This document shows, piece by piece, positions 10,038 to 18,178 of a stretch of 64,000 nt of DNA (position 1 is the stretch's first letter; each line of letters opens with the position of its first letter). Made by a program: the position numbers and the translations under genes. The stretch lies in IMG/VR virus record IMGVR_UViG_3300020048_000015, positions 64,001 to 128,000 of that record, one strand, 5' to 3'. The notes beneath the pieces were generated by a model. That model did no database searches, was not told where the DNA came from, and worked only from the letters and a program-made list of their open reading frames with translations. The stretch is from a virus.

Positions 10038-10709
10038 ATGAATAATTGTTTAGTATGCAACAAAGAAACAATAAATAGTAAATATTGTTCATATATATGC
10101 AGTGGTAAATCAAAAGTTAGACAATATGAAACCATATGCCAAAAATGTAATGCTGTATTTTACCATAATAATAAATCTTATATTAGGCTTGGTAGATTAA
10201 AATATTGTTCACAAGAATGTAAAAATAGAAAATTTGATGTTGATAATCAATACTTTTCCAGTGATTTATCAGATGAAAAATTAATAACATTAGGACAGAT
10301 AATAGCCACATCAGAAATTATAAATCATAAAAGTTTTAAAATATTTTCTGATATTGAAACTTTAAATGATATTAATGATAAGTTAAAATCTAACTATCCA
10401 ATAGAAAAATCATCAAAAGGTAAATATAGAATTACTATAATGGATGATAAAATAGTAACAGATTTAATAAGACATGGTCTAACTGATGAATATATGAAAC
10501 AAGATGTTCCAAGAGATGACTTATGGGAAGGTTTAAAGAGAACCGACTTATATTCCGAAGAAGATGGGCTATGTCTGTTTAAAACAGAAGCATATAAGAT
10601 TGCCATGTGGGTAAAGAATAAGTTTGATGGTGAAATAGTATCTAAAACATTTAAAGATGTTGCTAAAGGTGCTTTATGTATTGAATATTTAGTAATATTT
10701 AAAAAATAA
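10038..10709 (+). CDS. Zn-ribbon protein, possibly a degenerate LAGLIDADG endonuclease
   Basis: Two CxxC...CS..C clusters, then FDVDNQYFS..TLGQIIATSE and IVTDLIRHGL resembling eroded LAGLIDADG architecture. Confidence 0.45.
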   Translation: MNNCLVCNKETINSKYCSYICSGKSKVRQYETICQKCNAVFYHNNKSYIRLGRLKYCSQECKNRKFDVDNQYFSSDLSDEKLITLGQIIATSEIINHKSFKIFSDIETLNDINDKLKSNYPIEKSSKGKYRITIMDDKIVTDLIRHGLTDEYMKQDVPRDDLWEGLKRTDLYSEEDGLCLFKTEAYKIAMWVKNKFDGEIVSKTFKDVAKGALCIEYLVIFKK

Positions 10710-10734
10710 ATTTTTTTATATTGAAAATGTTTAC

Positions 10735-10742
10735 TATCTTTG
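10735..10742 (+). promoter_or_regulatory. Bacteroidota sigma70 -7 element TAnnTTTG (TATCTTTG)
   Basis: Exact match 23 nt upstream of the 10766 ATG. No convincing -33 TTTG at canonical spacing. Confidence 0.5.
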
Positions 10743-10765
10743 TTAAACATTAAACATACAAATAT

Positions 10766-11176
10766 ATGGAAATTTTAGCTAAAAAATTCAACTCGTCCAG
10801 ACAATTAACAACTTATATAACTAAAACGCTTAAAGATAATGGATTTAAAAGATTTGAAAAGATCCAAAGTGAAAATTCAGCAATGATTTATCTTTCAGAA
10901 AAAGAATATGTATTTGGAACAAGTTATATTATTGTTGGTGGACTTAACTCTATTTTGGAAGCCAAACAAATAAAAGAAAATCTTGATAATTTTTTTGAAT
11001 TTATATTTGGTGACAACAATAAGTGTGTATCAAATATTAGAGAAACCTTTATTGATGGTAAACAAGTATATACAAATATGCATAAAAACTTATTAAGTGA
11101 AGAAACTTTGGGAACAGTTAGATTTGATTTAGTAATTTACAAAAATGTATGGAAATATTGGAACTTTCTAAAATAA
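10766..11176 (+). CDS. Hypothetical protein
   Basis: 136-aa ORF after a host-type promoter element. Confidence 0.75.
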   Translation: MEILAKKFNSSRQLTTYITKTLKDNGFKRFEKIQSENSAMIYLSEKEYVFGTSYIIVGGLNSILEAKQIKENLDNFFEFIFGDNNKCVSNIRETFIDGKQVYTNMHKNLLSEETLGTVRFDLVIYKNVWKYWNFLK

Positions 11177-11189
11177 ATCTTATAAAAAG

Positions 11190-11408
11190 ATGAATACAGT
11201 AGCAATAAACAAATGGTGGGATAACTTAACCCATAAAGAAAAAGAAAGTTATATAGATAATGCTATACATTATCATTGGGGAAAACCTATAAGTATTGCA
11301 GCTATTACAAAATATCAAAAAGCAGAAATTTATAGACAAGTTCATGATTTAGATTATTTAAAAAAATTAAAAGATTATGTTTTGAACTTTTCAAACTACT
11401 ATTTATAG
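11190..11408 (+). CDS. Hypothetical protein
   Basis: 72-aa ORF, co-directional. Confidence 0.65.
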   Translation: MNTVAINKWWDNLTHKEKESYIDNAIHYHWGKPISIAAITKYQKAEIYRQVHDLDYLKKLKDYVLNFSNYYL

Positions 11409-11452
11409 ATAACACACACAAAATATTTCTTAAACCAAAAAATTTATTTGAT

Positions 11453-11617
11453 ATGAAATGGAACGAATTTTGTAATTTAAATTCTAACAAGATAAAAATG
11501 TTTATAATTATGACAAACAAAGAATTTACAGATTCTTTTGTAAAATGGAATTATAAATTTGAAAAACAAATACCAAACCAAGTTTCCGATACAGAAATTA
11601 TTTCATCAAAAAGATAA
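11453..11617 (+). CDS. Small hypothetical protein (54 aa, MKWNEFCNLN...EIISSKR)
   Basis: Read by hand. Its 3' end is duplicated at 14388-14427. Confidence 0.55.
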   Translation: MKWNEFCNLNSNKIKMFIIMTNKEFTDSFVKWNYKFEKQIPNQVSDTEIISSKR

Positions 11618-11621
11618 AATA

Positions 11622-11668
11622 AAAGGAATATATTTTTTATATATAGTATATAAAAAATATATTCCTTT
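11622..11668 (+). promoter_or_regulatory. Long hairpin containing a late-promoter-like TTTATATATA motif, ending 5 nt before the 11674 ATG
   Basis: aaaggaatatattttttatata / tatataaaaaatatattccttt, 22-bp perfect stem. Confidence 0.65.
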
Positions 11669-11673
11669 ATTTT

Positions 11674-11949
11674 ATGACAGGTAAATCAATTGATGATATT
11701 TTGAGTAAACAAGCAGCTCAACGACAAGCTCAAATTCAACAGCAACAAGCTCAAGAAAGATTTTTAAATGAACAAAAAGAAGTACAAAGGCAGGAATATC
11801 TTCTGAAAATGAAGATGTATGAAAAGGTTAGTAACTTTAATCCTGCTGCGGCTGCTGCGGCTGCTGGTGCTGCTGGTGGTAGAGTTATTCAAGATAATGA
11901 TGAAAATCAGTATGTAGTAAACGACTATGTTGATGATCACTTTGAATAA
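11674..11949 (+). CDS. Gln/Ala-rich low-complexity hypothetical protein
   Basis: QAAQRQAQIQQQQAQ, PAAAAAAAGAAGG, acidic aromatic tail. Confidence 0.65.
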   Translation: MTGKSIDDILSKQAAQRQAQIQQQQAQERFLNEQKEVQRQEYLLKMKMYEKVSNFNPAAAAAAAGAAGGRVIQDNDENQYVVNDYVDDHFE

Positions 11950-11965
11950 AAAATAACACTAAAAA

Positions 11966-12031
11966 ATACCACTAATTACAAGACAAGGAAAAGGAAGTAA
12001 ACTCACCATTCAAGAAATGGATGTAAAGTAA
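11966..12031 (+). pseudogene. Decayed 5' copy of the downstream fibre-like gene (IPLITRQGKGSKLTIQEMDVK*)
   Basis: Matches MPLILRQTKGSKLTIQEMD of the 12069 gene and its upstream aaataacactaaaaa. ATG replaced by ATA, early stop. Confidence 0.8.
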
Positions 12032-12068
12032 TCACATTTGGATAATAAAAAATAAAATAACACTAAAA

Positions 12069-14111
12069 ATGCCACTAATTTTAAGACAAACCAAAGGTAG
12101 TAAACTCACCATTCAAGAAATGGATGATAATTTATTGTATGTTAATAACCTTACTGAAGTTACCCATGCTGAACTTGTTAATTTAATTGACACAAACGAT
12201 TTAGTTCCTGGACAACACTATTTAATAACAGATTTTCAAACTTGTTATGACCGACCTGACTACGACCAAAACAAAGGTGCTATTGTGGTTTCGAATGCTT
12301 CGTATTTTCAAGGTACAGTCGAACCAATCGTGGTTCTGGCAACATCAACCAATACTTTGGCAATTGATGCTTATCAACCAGCTTATCCAAATGATAAAAT
12401 CAAGTATGATGTTACTTATAGCTCAACCGAATCTGCTGAGCTTGCATTTGGTAGAATTACTGAAAGAGTTGATAACTATAACAACCGAACAGATTACGAC
12501 CACAGAACTATTGAATTTAAAAGATATAGATTCTATTACTTCAGTAGAGAAACACCTCAAACGGGTACAATGGAATTATTAAATGATGGAACTGTAAATG
12601 GAGCAGGTACAACATTCACAAATTATTCAGTAGGACAGGTTATTGCTTATCCTAATTCAGTTGAAGGATTTTTTAGAATTGAGTTAATAGACTCAGATAC
12701 CCTGATGACTGTAAGCGGATTATCTATTAATTCCTTTGGTGGAAGCGGTGAATTTTATATTGCTAATTCAGGAAATTACGATAGTTACCATAGAAGTAAT
12801 GTTGATGACCCAACAGATTTTAATTTGTACACCACATTCGGTGATGCAATTGATGAAAGTAGAGCAATAAATAATTATATCGGAGATTACTGTAATTTAC
12901 ACATTGAAGATAGTGAAGGCGATTTTCTTCTTGCAAATAATGTTTTCAAAATTGGGGAATATAATAACAATACCATTGGAAATGGATCTTATAACAATAC
13001 TTTTAATGACGATTGTAACAATAACCGAATAGGAAATTATTGTTATAACAATATTATTAATAGTAGTTTTTATAGAAATCAAATAGGAAATGACTTCAAT
13101 AACAATTGGTTGGATAGCGATTGGGGTTTTGATTTTCAAAATAATCAAATAGGTAATCAATTTAATAATAATCTAATATACCGTGAATTCCAAGGTAATG
13201 ATGTCGGTAATGGATTTAATCAAAATGTAATTTATCAAGATTTTTATGATAATAGAATAAAAGATTATTTTAATAATAACACAATTGGTGACTTTGAAGA
13301 CATTGGCGCAGGAAATTTTGAAGATAACGTAATTGGAAATAATTTTAAAGGTAATTCAACATTAGGACAATTTACACATAATCAAATAGGAAATGATTTT
13401 TATTCTAATGGAACTGGAGATAGTTTTACTTATAATGTTATTGGAAATAATACTTTTTCTAATAACATAGGAGAAAACTTTGGTTATAATCAAATTGCTA
13501 ATATATTTAATAATAATACAGTTGCGAGTAATTTTGGTTACAGTGGAGCAAGCGGAAAAGGCAATAAGATTGGAAATAATTTCCAAGGTAATACCATAGG
13601 CGAAGACTTCTATTCTAATGTTATTTGTGATAGTTTTATAAATAATACGATAGGTTTTGAATTCCAAAATAATGATATTAAAGTTTCTGTTAGCGGTAAC
13701 GATTTTAGAAGCCAACAAGGTGGATTACTTAGTATTGTTGAAGATAATTTTCCAACCCCAGGTAGTGCAGATGATACATACGTAGGAAGTCAAAAAAGTA
13801 CCTCAGGGATTGGTCAAAATTGCACCATTGCCGTTACTGTTTCTCGTGGTAATGTAGTAAGTGCATCTATTAACGATGCTGGTTATGGTTATGTCATCGG
13901 TGATACAATCACTATTAGTGGTGCTCTTTTTGGAGGAAAAGATGGTGATGATTTAGTAGTCTCAGTTAATGGCAAGGCGGCTACAACGACAACTTTTGTA
14001 ACTGACCCAACTTCTTGTACAATTTTCAACGATTCAACAGGTAGTACAAAATTGATGTATATTGATGGAAAAGGTACTTTAAATGTAGTAAATGTAACAT
14101 CCCAATCATAA
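12069..14111 (+). CDS. Tail-fibre/adhesin-like protein with Asn-rich beta-helix repeats
   Basis: N-terminal RQTKGSKLTIQEMDDN anchor-type motif seen in phage fibres. Central ~11-aa NxIGNxFxxN repeats. C-terminal GYGYVIGDTITISG beta-rich segment. Confidence 0.65.
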   Translation: MPLILRQTKGSKLTIQEMDDNLLYVNNLTEVTHAELVNLIDTNDLVPGQHYLITDFQTCYDRPDYDQNKGAIVVSNASYFQGTVEPIVVLATSTNTLAIDAYQPAYPNDKIKYDVTYSSTESAELAFGRITERVDNYNNRTDYDHRTIEFKRYRFYYFSRETPQTGTMELLNDGTVNGAGTTFTNYSVGQVIAYPNSVEGFFRIELIDSDTLMTVSGLSINSFGGSGEFYIANSGNYDSYHRSNVDDPTDFNLYTTFGDAIDESRAINNYIGDYCNLHIEDSEGDFLLANNVFKIGEYNNNTIGNGSYNNTFNDDCNNNRIGNYCYNNIINSSFYRNQIGNDFNNNWLDSDWGFDFQNNQIGNQFNNNLIYREFQGNDVGNGFNQNVIYQDFYDNRIKDYFNNNTIGDFEDIGAGNFEDNVIGNNFKGNSTLGQFTHNQIGNDFYSNGTGDSFTYNVIGNNTFSNNIGENFGYNQIANIFNNNTVASNFGYSGASGKGNKIGNNFQGNTIGEDFYSNVICDSFINNTIGFEFQNNDIKVSVSGNDFRSQQGGLLSIVEDNFPTPGSADDTYVGSQKSTSGIGQNCTIAVTVSRGNVVSASINDAGYGYVIGDTITISGALFGGKDGDDLVVSVNGKAATTTTFVTDPTSCTIFNDSTGSTKLMYIDGKGTLNVVNVTSQS

Positions 14112-14130
14112 AAATAAAAACTAAATAATT

Positions 14131-14376
14131 ATGAGAATATGTATTTTATGCGATGCTTCTAATTTAGAAGCTGCAAGACAAAAAGAAGGTAACAATAAAA
14201 TTTTGACAATTCAATTGTCACCATCAGGCGAAAAACCTGCTACACATTATTTTTGTACAATGGTTGTAGACCAAAAGAAAGCTGATAAACTTATGGCAAA
14301 AAAAGAATTTACTATAATGGAAATTGCTGAACCTAAAGATTTTCTTGAAAGTTGTGGTTTAAAGATGATTAAATAA
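14131..14376 (+). CDS. Hypothetical protein
   Basis: 81-aa ORF directly after the fibre-like gene (possible chaperone/accessory). Confidence 0.7.
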   Translation: MRICILCDASNLEAARQKEGNNKILTIQLSPSGEKPATHYFCTMVVDQKKADKLMAKKEFTIMEIAEPKDFLESCGLKMIK

Positions 14377-14491
14377 AAATGCTTAAATTTCCGATAGAAA
14401 AATTATTTCATCAAAAAGATAAAATAATTTGAACTTTTTGACCTTTCGTTTCGTTATATATACTGAACACACACAAAAATAATAAACTACT

Positions 14492-14749
14492 ATGATAATC
14501 TCTGTATATAATATCAAAAGATCCGGCAAATCAATTTATGTTGAATTTACTGCTAATGAAAAAGATTTTTCTATTCTTGAATCTGGTTATGCTAAAGGCA
14601 AATATGTCTTAGCTGGTGATATTCAATGGGATAAAGATGAGTTTTCTGATGAAGAAAATGAAGTAATTCAATCTTTTCTTGACGAACAAGAAAACAACGA
14701 AGATGTAACAGAATCCCTTTGCGAAACTGCAAAATTTCTTGCTAAATAG
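14492..14749 (+). CDS. Acidic hypothetical protein
   Basis: 85-aa ORF. Confidence 0.7.
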   Translation: MIISVYNIKRSGKSIYVEFTANEKDFSILESGYAKGKYVLAGDIQWDKDEFSDEENEVIQSFLDEQENNEDVTESLCETAKFLAK

Positions 14750-14753
14750 TTTA

Positions 14754-15010
14754 ATGTTAAATAAACACCATACTAAAATAGTAAAATTAATATCAAATTC
14801 CTATAAGATAGAAGATAGAATTTATATAGTTCAAAAGTATGTAGATAGGTTTAATAAATCATCAGAAAATAACTATATGTCATTTTATAACAATTAAGAA
14901 TATATAGAACAGATTGTGGTTATAAGATTAAATCAGAAAGTTTTGATTTAAGTCAATATGTTGATATACAATTTATAAGAAATATTTTATTAGATATTTT
15001 ATTAGATTAA
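14754..15010 (+). pseudogene. Frameshifted small gene (MLNKHHTK...|...IRNILLDILLD)
   Basis: Frame stops at 14897, but one added base near 14890 gives a continuous 85-aa ORF ending at TAA 15008-15010. Could be a sequencing error. Confidence 0.5.
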
Positions 15011-15034
15011 AAATAAAAAAATAATTTAAACATA

Positions 15035-15154
15035 ATGAAAAAAATTAAAAGTAAAGCATTGCCAATAATTTGCACTTGCATAAAATGCCAACCAATGAGT
15101 TTTGATGAACAGTTGGAAAAGCCAGGAACAGTTTGTGTTATTAACAAAGGTTAA
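15035..15154 (+). CDS. Small Cys-containing hypothetical protein (39 aa)
   Basis: Read by hand: MKKIKSKALPIICTCIKCQPMSFDEQLEKPGTVCVINKG. Confidence 0.45.
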   Translation: MKKIKSKALPIICTCIKCQPMSFDEQLEKPGTVCVINKG

Positions 15155-15218
15155 TACTAACTGCAATAAAATCATTTTTCGTAAATTATATATAATTATA
15201 TATAAAAAAAAAATAAAT

Positions 15219-15593
15219 ATGATAAACTTAAAAACTTTTGAAAACTTTGGTTCTAATCAAGATCCAAAATTAGTAAGCGCAATTAAAAGAATTTGCACAA
15301 TGTATAAATCAGAATGCCAAGGTAGTTCTGAACATCCTTGTGAATACTTTGGGGATGGTTCTTATCTTAAAGAATTATCAAAAACTTGTAGTGACGAAAG
15401 TATTTCTGATATTTTAAATAGAATGGCTGATTATTCACGATATGATGATGAAGGTAGTTCAGAAGCTATTTTTGATTATATCAATGATGATGATTGTGAT
15501 TATATTGCTAAATTTCTAAACCTACCTGCTTTGGATTATGAAGGAGAATGGACTGATGATGAAGAAGATAATTGGTCACAAAGTATGTGGTAG
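15219..15593 (+). CDS. Acidic hypothetical protein with MINLKTFENF leader
   Basis: Start moved from 15102 to the leader ATG, which follows a TTATATATA motif. Confidence 0.75.
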   Translation: MINLKTFENFGSNQDPKLVSAIKRICTMYKSECQGSSEHPCEYFGDGSYLKELSKTCSDESISDILNRMADYSRYDDEGSSEAIFDYINDDDCDYIAKFLNLPALDYEGEWTDDEEDNWSQSMW

Positions 15594-15616
15594 TAATAAA
15601 TTTAGAAAGTGTCCTT

Positions 15617-15658
15617 AAAAATAAATCTGTAAATTTAAAAATTTACAGATTTATTTTT
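15617..15658. terminator. Bidirectional intrinsic terminator
   Basis: 20-bp arms aaaaataaatctgtaaattt-aa-aaatttacagatttattttt between convergent genes. Confidence 0.8.
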
Positions 15659-17861
15659 ATTTATTTTTGAATTTATGGTAATTAAGAATTAAATTTTCGT
15701 TTGATTTTTTTGATAGAAAATTTAAAATTTTCGTTTTGGCTTTTTCGTCTTTTATGTAATCAAAAATAAATTTATAAAATTTATTTGAATTATCAATAGT
15801 AATAAGTTTACTAAGTTCAATATTATCTATTTCTTCACTAAGTTTATCATTATTATCAACAAATAAAATTGTTCCATCTCCATTTATGATTTCAGAAATA
15901 AAATCAGTTACTTTTTCCAAATTATCTTTGCTAATAAAATTAAGTATCTTTTGTTTATCTTGTATGAAATACATTCCTATTATATAAGCTACAAAATTAT
16001 CACGACTTTGATTTTCACCTTTATCGTATAACCATTTTAATAATTCTTCTGGCTTATCATCCGGATAAGAAAGTTTAAAATATTCATACCTTTCTTCTGC
16101 ATTACTTGGATTACTTAAATTTGCCTTTTTTATTTCCTTTAGTTTATTAAGGAGATTTTTATCAGTTATTATATCAGTTATTATATCATTAATGTATTTT
16201 TCATCATCAGGAACTTTTGCCATAATTTCTGGATTATCTATTAAATATTCGGCTAATTTATTATTTTGTTTTTTATTTGAACTAAATAAACTTATAATAC
16301 TATATGGTGAAAAAATATTATTAGAAATTAATTTTATTATATCATTTGTGTCACATTTTAATATTAAATCTTCTAACTTTCCATAAATATAAATTGTGTC
16401 TTTAGGTAAAAAATTATTTTTATCTAAATATATTAGTAAAGCTTCTAATTTTTCACTGTTTTTTTCCTCCAAAGCTTTTATTATTGCATATTTACCTAAA
16501 TCTTCTTTGTAATGGTAACTTAAATCAGATACATTTTCTATTATTTCTGATAGACTTACAAAATCGTAGTAATACATATCTTTTAAACTATTTGGATATA
16601 TATCCACATATTTTTTTATCAATGATTTTTTTAAATTATCGTCTTTAAAATAATCATTGGACTTTAATTTTTGAATCTCATCTTTATTCTCTGAATCAAT
16701 TTCTTTCTTTATCTTATGTATGAATAAAATCATAGAAAGAGGTTCCGGAAATAGTCCATATAAATCAAAACTTTGTGAAAGTTTTGATATATTGTAGGAA
16801 ATAGAGTCTATATGATCTTTGGGTATTTCAAATTTTTTTAAATTAGGTTTAAATTCTAATATAAAATCTTCAATTTTTTTTATTTCTTCTTCACCCCCCC
16901 TATATAAAATTTTATATATATAATTATTTATTCGCTCGTCAAGAATAGAAACATCTTCATTATTTTTTTTATGATGAATGTAAATATCAAATATATCATT
17001 ATCATCAAGAATATCAAATATATTAGAATCTTTAAAAAAGTTTAAATCTTCTTTAAAAAGTGTATCCTTCAAGCCTTGACTTATTCTTAACTTACTAGCA
17101 GAATTATCTTTTTCATATTTTATATAATCTATTATTATTGATTTAAATTCATCAACCCTATCTCTACACACTACAAAAATACCATTACCAACAATTGAAT
17201 AAAAATCGGGATCAGTGGCTATTTTTGACCACACTTTTTTTGCTGATGAACTTGCATTATCTTTAGAACTTGCATACCCTAAATGTTTAATGAATTCTTC
17301 ATATATAATATAACCTAATCCAATACCCAGAAATTCATTTGGAATTCCACCACCAAAATGTGTTCTGTTATATTTTTCTTCATCATTGTGACCTATTGTT
17401 ATTACTATATTTTCCAACCTTTTAAAATCAACTTTATTTGGATCAAAATCTAAACTTTTGTATTTTTTATACAAATGCTCAAACCCCTTTGGAAATATCA
17501 CATCTCTTTCTTTAGGGATTCTTGAATCACCATTTCTATCACCTTTAGAAAATCCAGATTTATCATCATATGATTTTTTTATATCCAAATTTCTACCAAG
17601 TTCTTTGAAATTTTTTTTAAAATCTTCTGGGAAATTAACTTTAAAAGTGTTTCCAGTTCTTTCAAATTTCAATCCCCAATTAACACCACTCGTTTTTGAA
17701 GAATCTTCAAATGGTTTTCCATACTTTTTTCTTACTAAACTTAAATTTTTACCATCACTATAACCACTTGATTTTGGTTCAAGATAAGTTCCAATTAAAT
17801 CACTTGATTTTAATTCATAAATACTTTTTATGAAATTTTCAAATTTTTTTATTTTAGCCAT
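15657..17861 (-). CDS. Large protein with leader and a GNAT-like acetyltransferase segment
   Basis: MAKIKKFENFIKSIYE leader. IPNEFLGIGLGYIIYEEFIKHLGYASS...SAKKVWSKI resembles GNAT motif A/B. Remainder helical, unassigned. Confidence 0.55.
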   Translation of the reverse strand: MAKIKKFENFIKSIYELKSSDLIGTYLEPKSSGYSDGKNLSLVRKKYGKPFEDSSKTSGVNWGLKFERTGNTFKVNFPEDFKKNFKELGRNLDIKKSYDDKSGFSKGDRNGDSRIPKERDVIFPKGFEHLYKKYKSLDFDPNKVDFKRLENIVITIGHNDEEKYNRTHFGGGIPNEFLGIGLGYIIYEEFIKHLGYASSKDNASSSAKKVWSKIATDPDFYSIVGNGIFVVCRDRVDEFKSIIIDYIKYEKDNSASKLRISQGLKDTLFKEDLNFFKDSNIFDILDDNDIFDIYIHHKKNNEDVSILDERINNYIYKILYRGGEEEIKKIEDFILEFKPNLKKFEIPKDHIDSISYNISKLSQSFDLYGLFPEPLSMILFIHKIKKEIDSENKDEIQKLKSNDYFKDDNLKKSLIKKYVDIYPNSLKDMYYYDFVSLSEIIENVSDLSYHYKEDLGKYAIIKALEEKNSEKLEALLIYLDKNNFLPKDTIYIYGKLEDLILKCDTNDIIKLISNNIFSPYSIISLFSSNKKQNNKLAEYLIDNPEIMAKVPDDEKYINDIITDIITDKNLLNKLKEIKKANLSNPSNAEERYEYFKLSYPDDKPEELLKWLYDKGENQSRDNFVAYIIGMYFIQDKQKILNFISKDNLEKVTDFISEIINGDGTILFVDNNDKLSEEIDNIELSKLITIDNSNKFYKFIFDYIKDEKAKTKILNFLSKKSNENLILNYHKFKNK

Positions 17862-17902
17862 ATTTATTTATTTAATCATTTACTTATATATTAAAAAAAA
17901 TA

Positions 17903-18121
17903 TTATAAATTTATTTTTTTTATATCATTAATACTAACATCATATGTCTTATTATCTATTTCAACTGTTACTTCATCACCATCTATGGAGATTGGTCTAA
18001 CTTCTGTTGGATTGTCAAATAAGCCTTTAACTATATTAGTTTCAATAGTTCCACCATTTTCTATACATTTTATAATATCTTCTGACTTTATATAATGTTC
18101 AAATACTTTGATATATCTCAT
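17903..18121 (-). CDS. Small hypothetical protein with leader
   Basis: MRYIKVFEHYIKSE, 72 aa. Confidence 0.7.
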   Translation of the reverse strand: MRYIKVFEHYIKSEDIIKCIENGGTIETNIVKGLFDNPTEVRPISIDGDEVTVEIDNKTYDVSINDIKKINL

Positions 18122-18132
18122 TTATAATAATT

Positions 18133-18163
18133 TTTTTTAATATATATTTTATATATTAAAAAA
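18133..18163. promoter_or_regulatory. Palindromic pair of TAATATATA motifs between divergent genes
   Basis: ttttttaatatata-ttt-tatatattaaaaaa. Confidence 0.6.
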
Positions 18164-18178
18164 TACTCTTATATTTAT

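Larger units (their letters stand above)
11583..14427. repeat. 40-bp direct repeat (11583-11622 and 14388-14427) bounding a 2.8-kb module
   Basis: tttccgata(c/g)a(g/a)aaattatttcatcaaaaagataaaataa, 38/40 identical. Confidence 0.9.
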
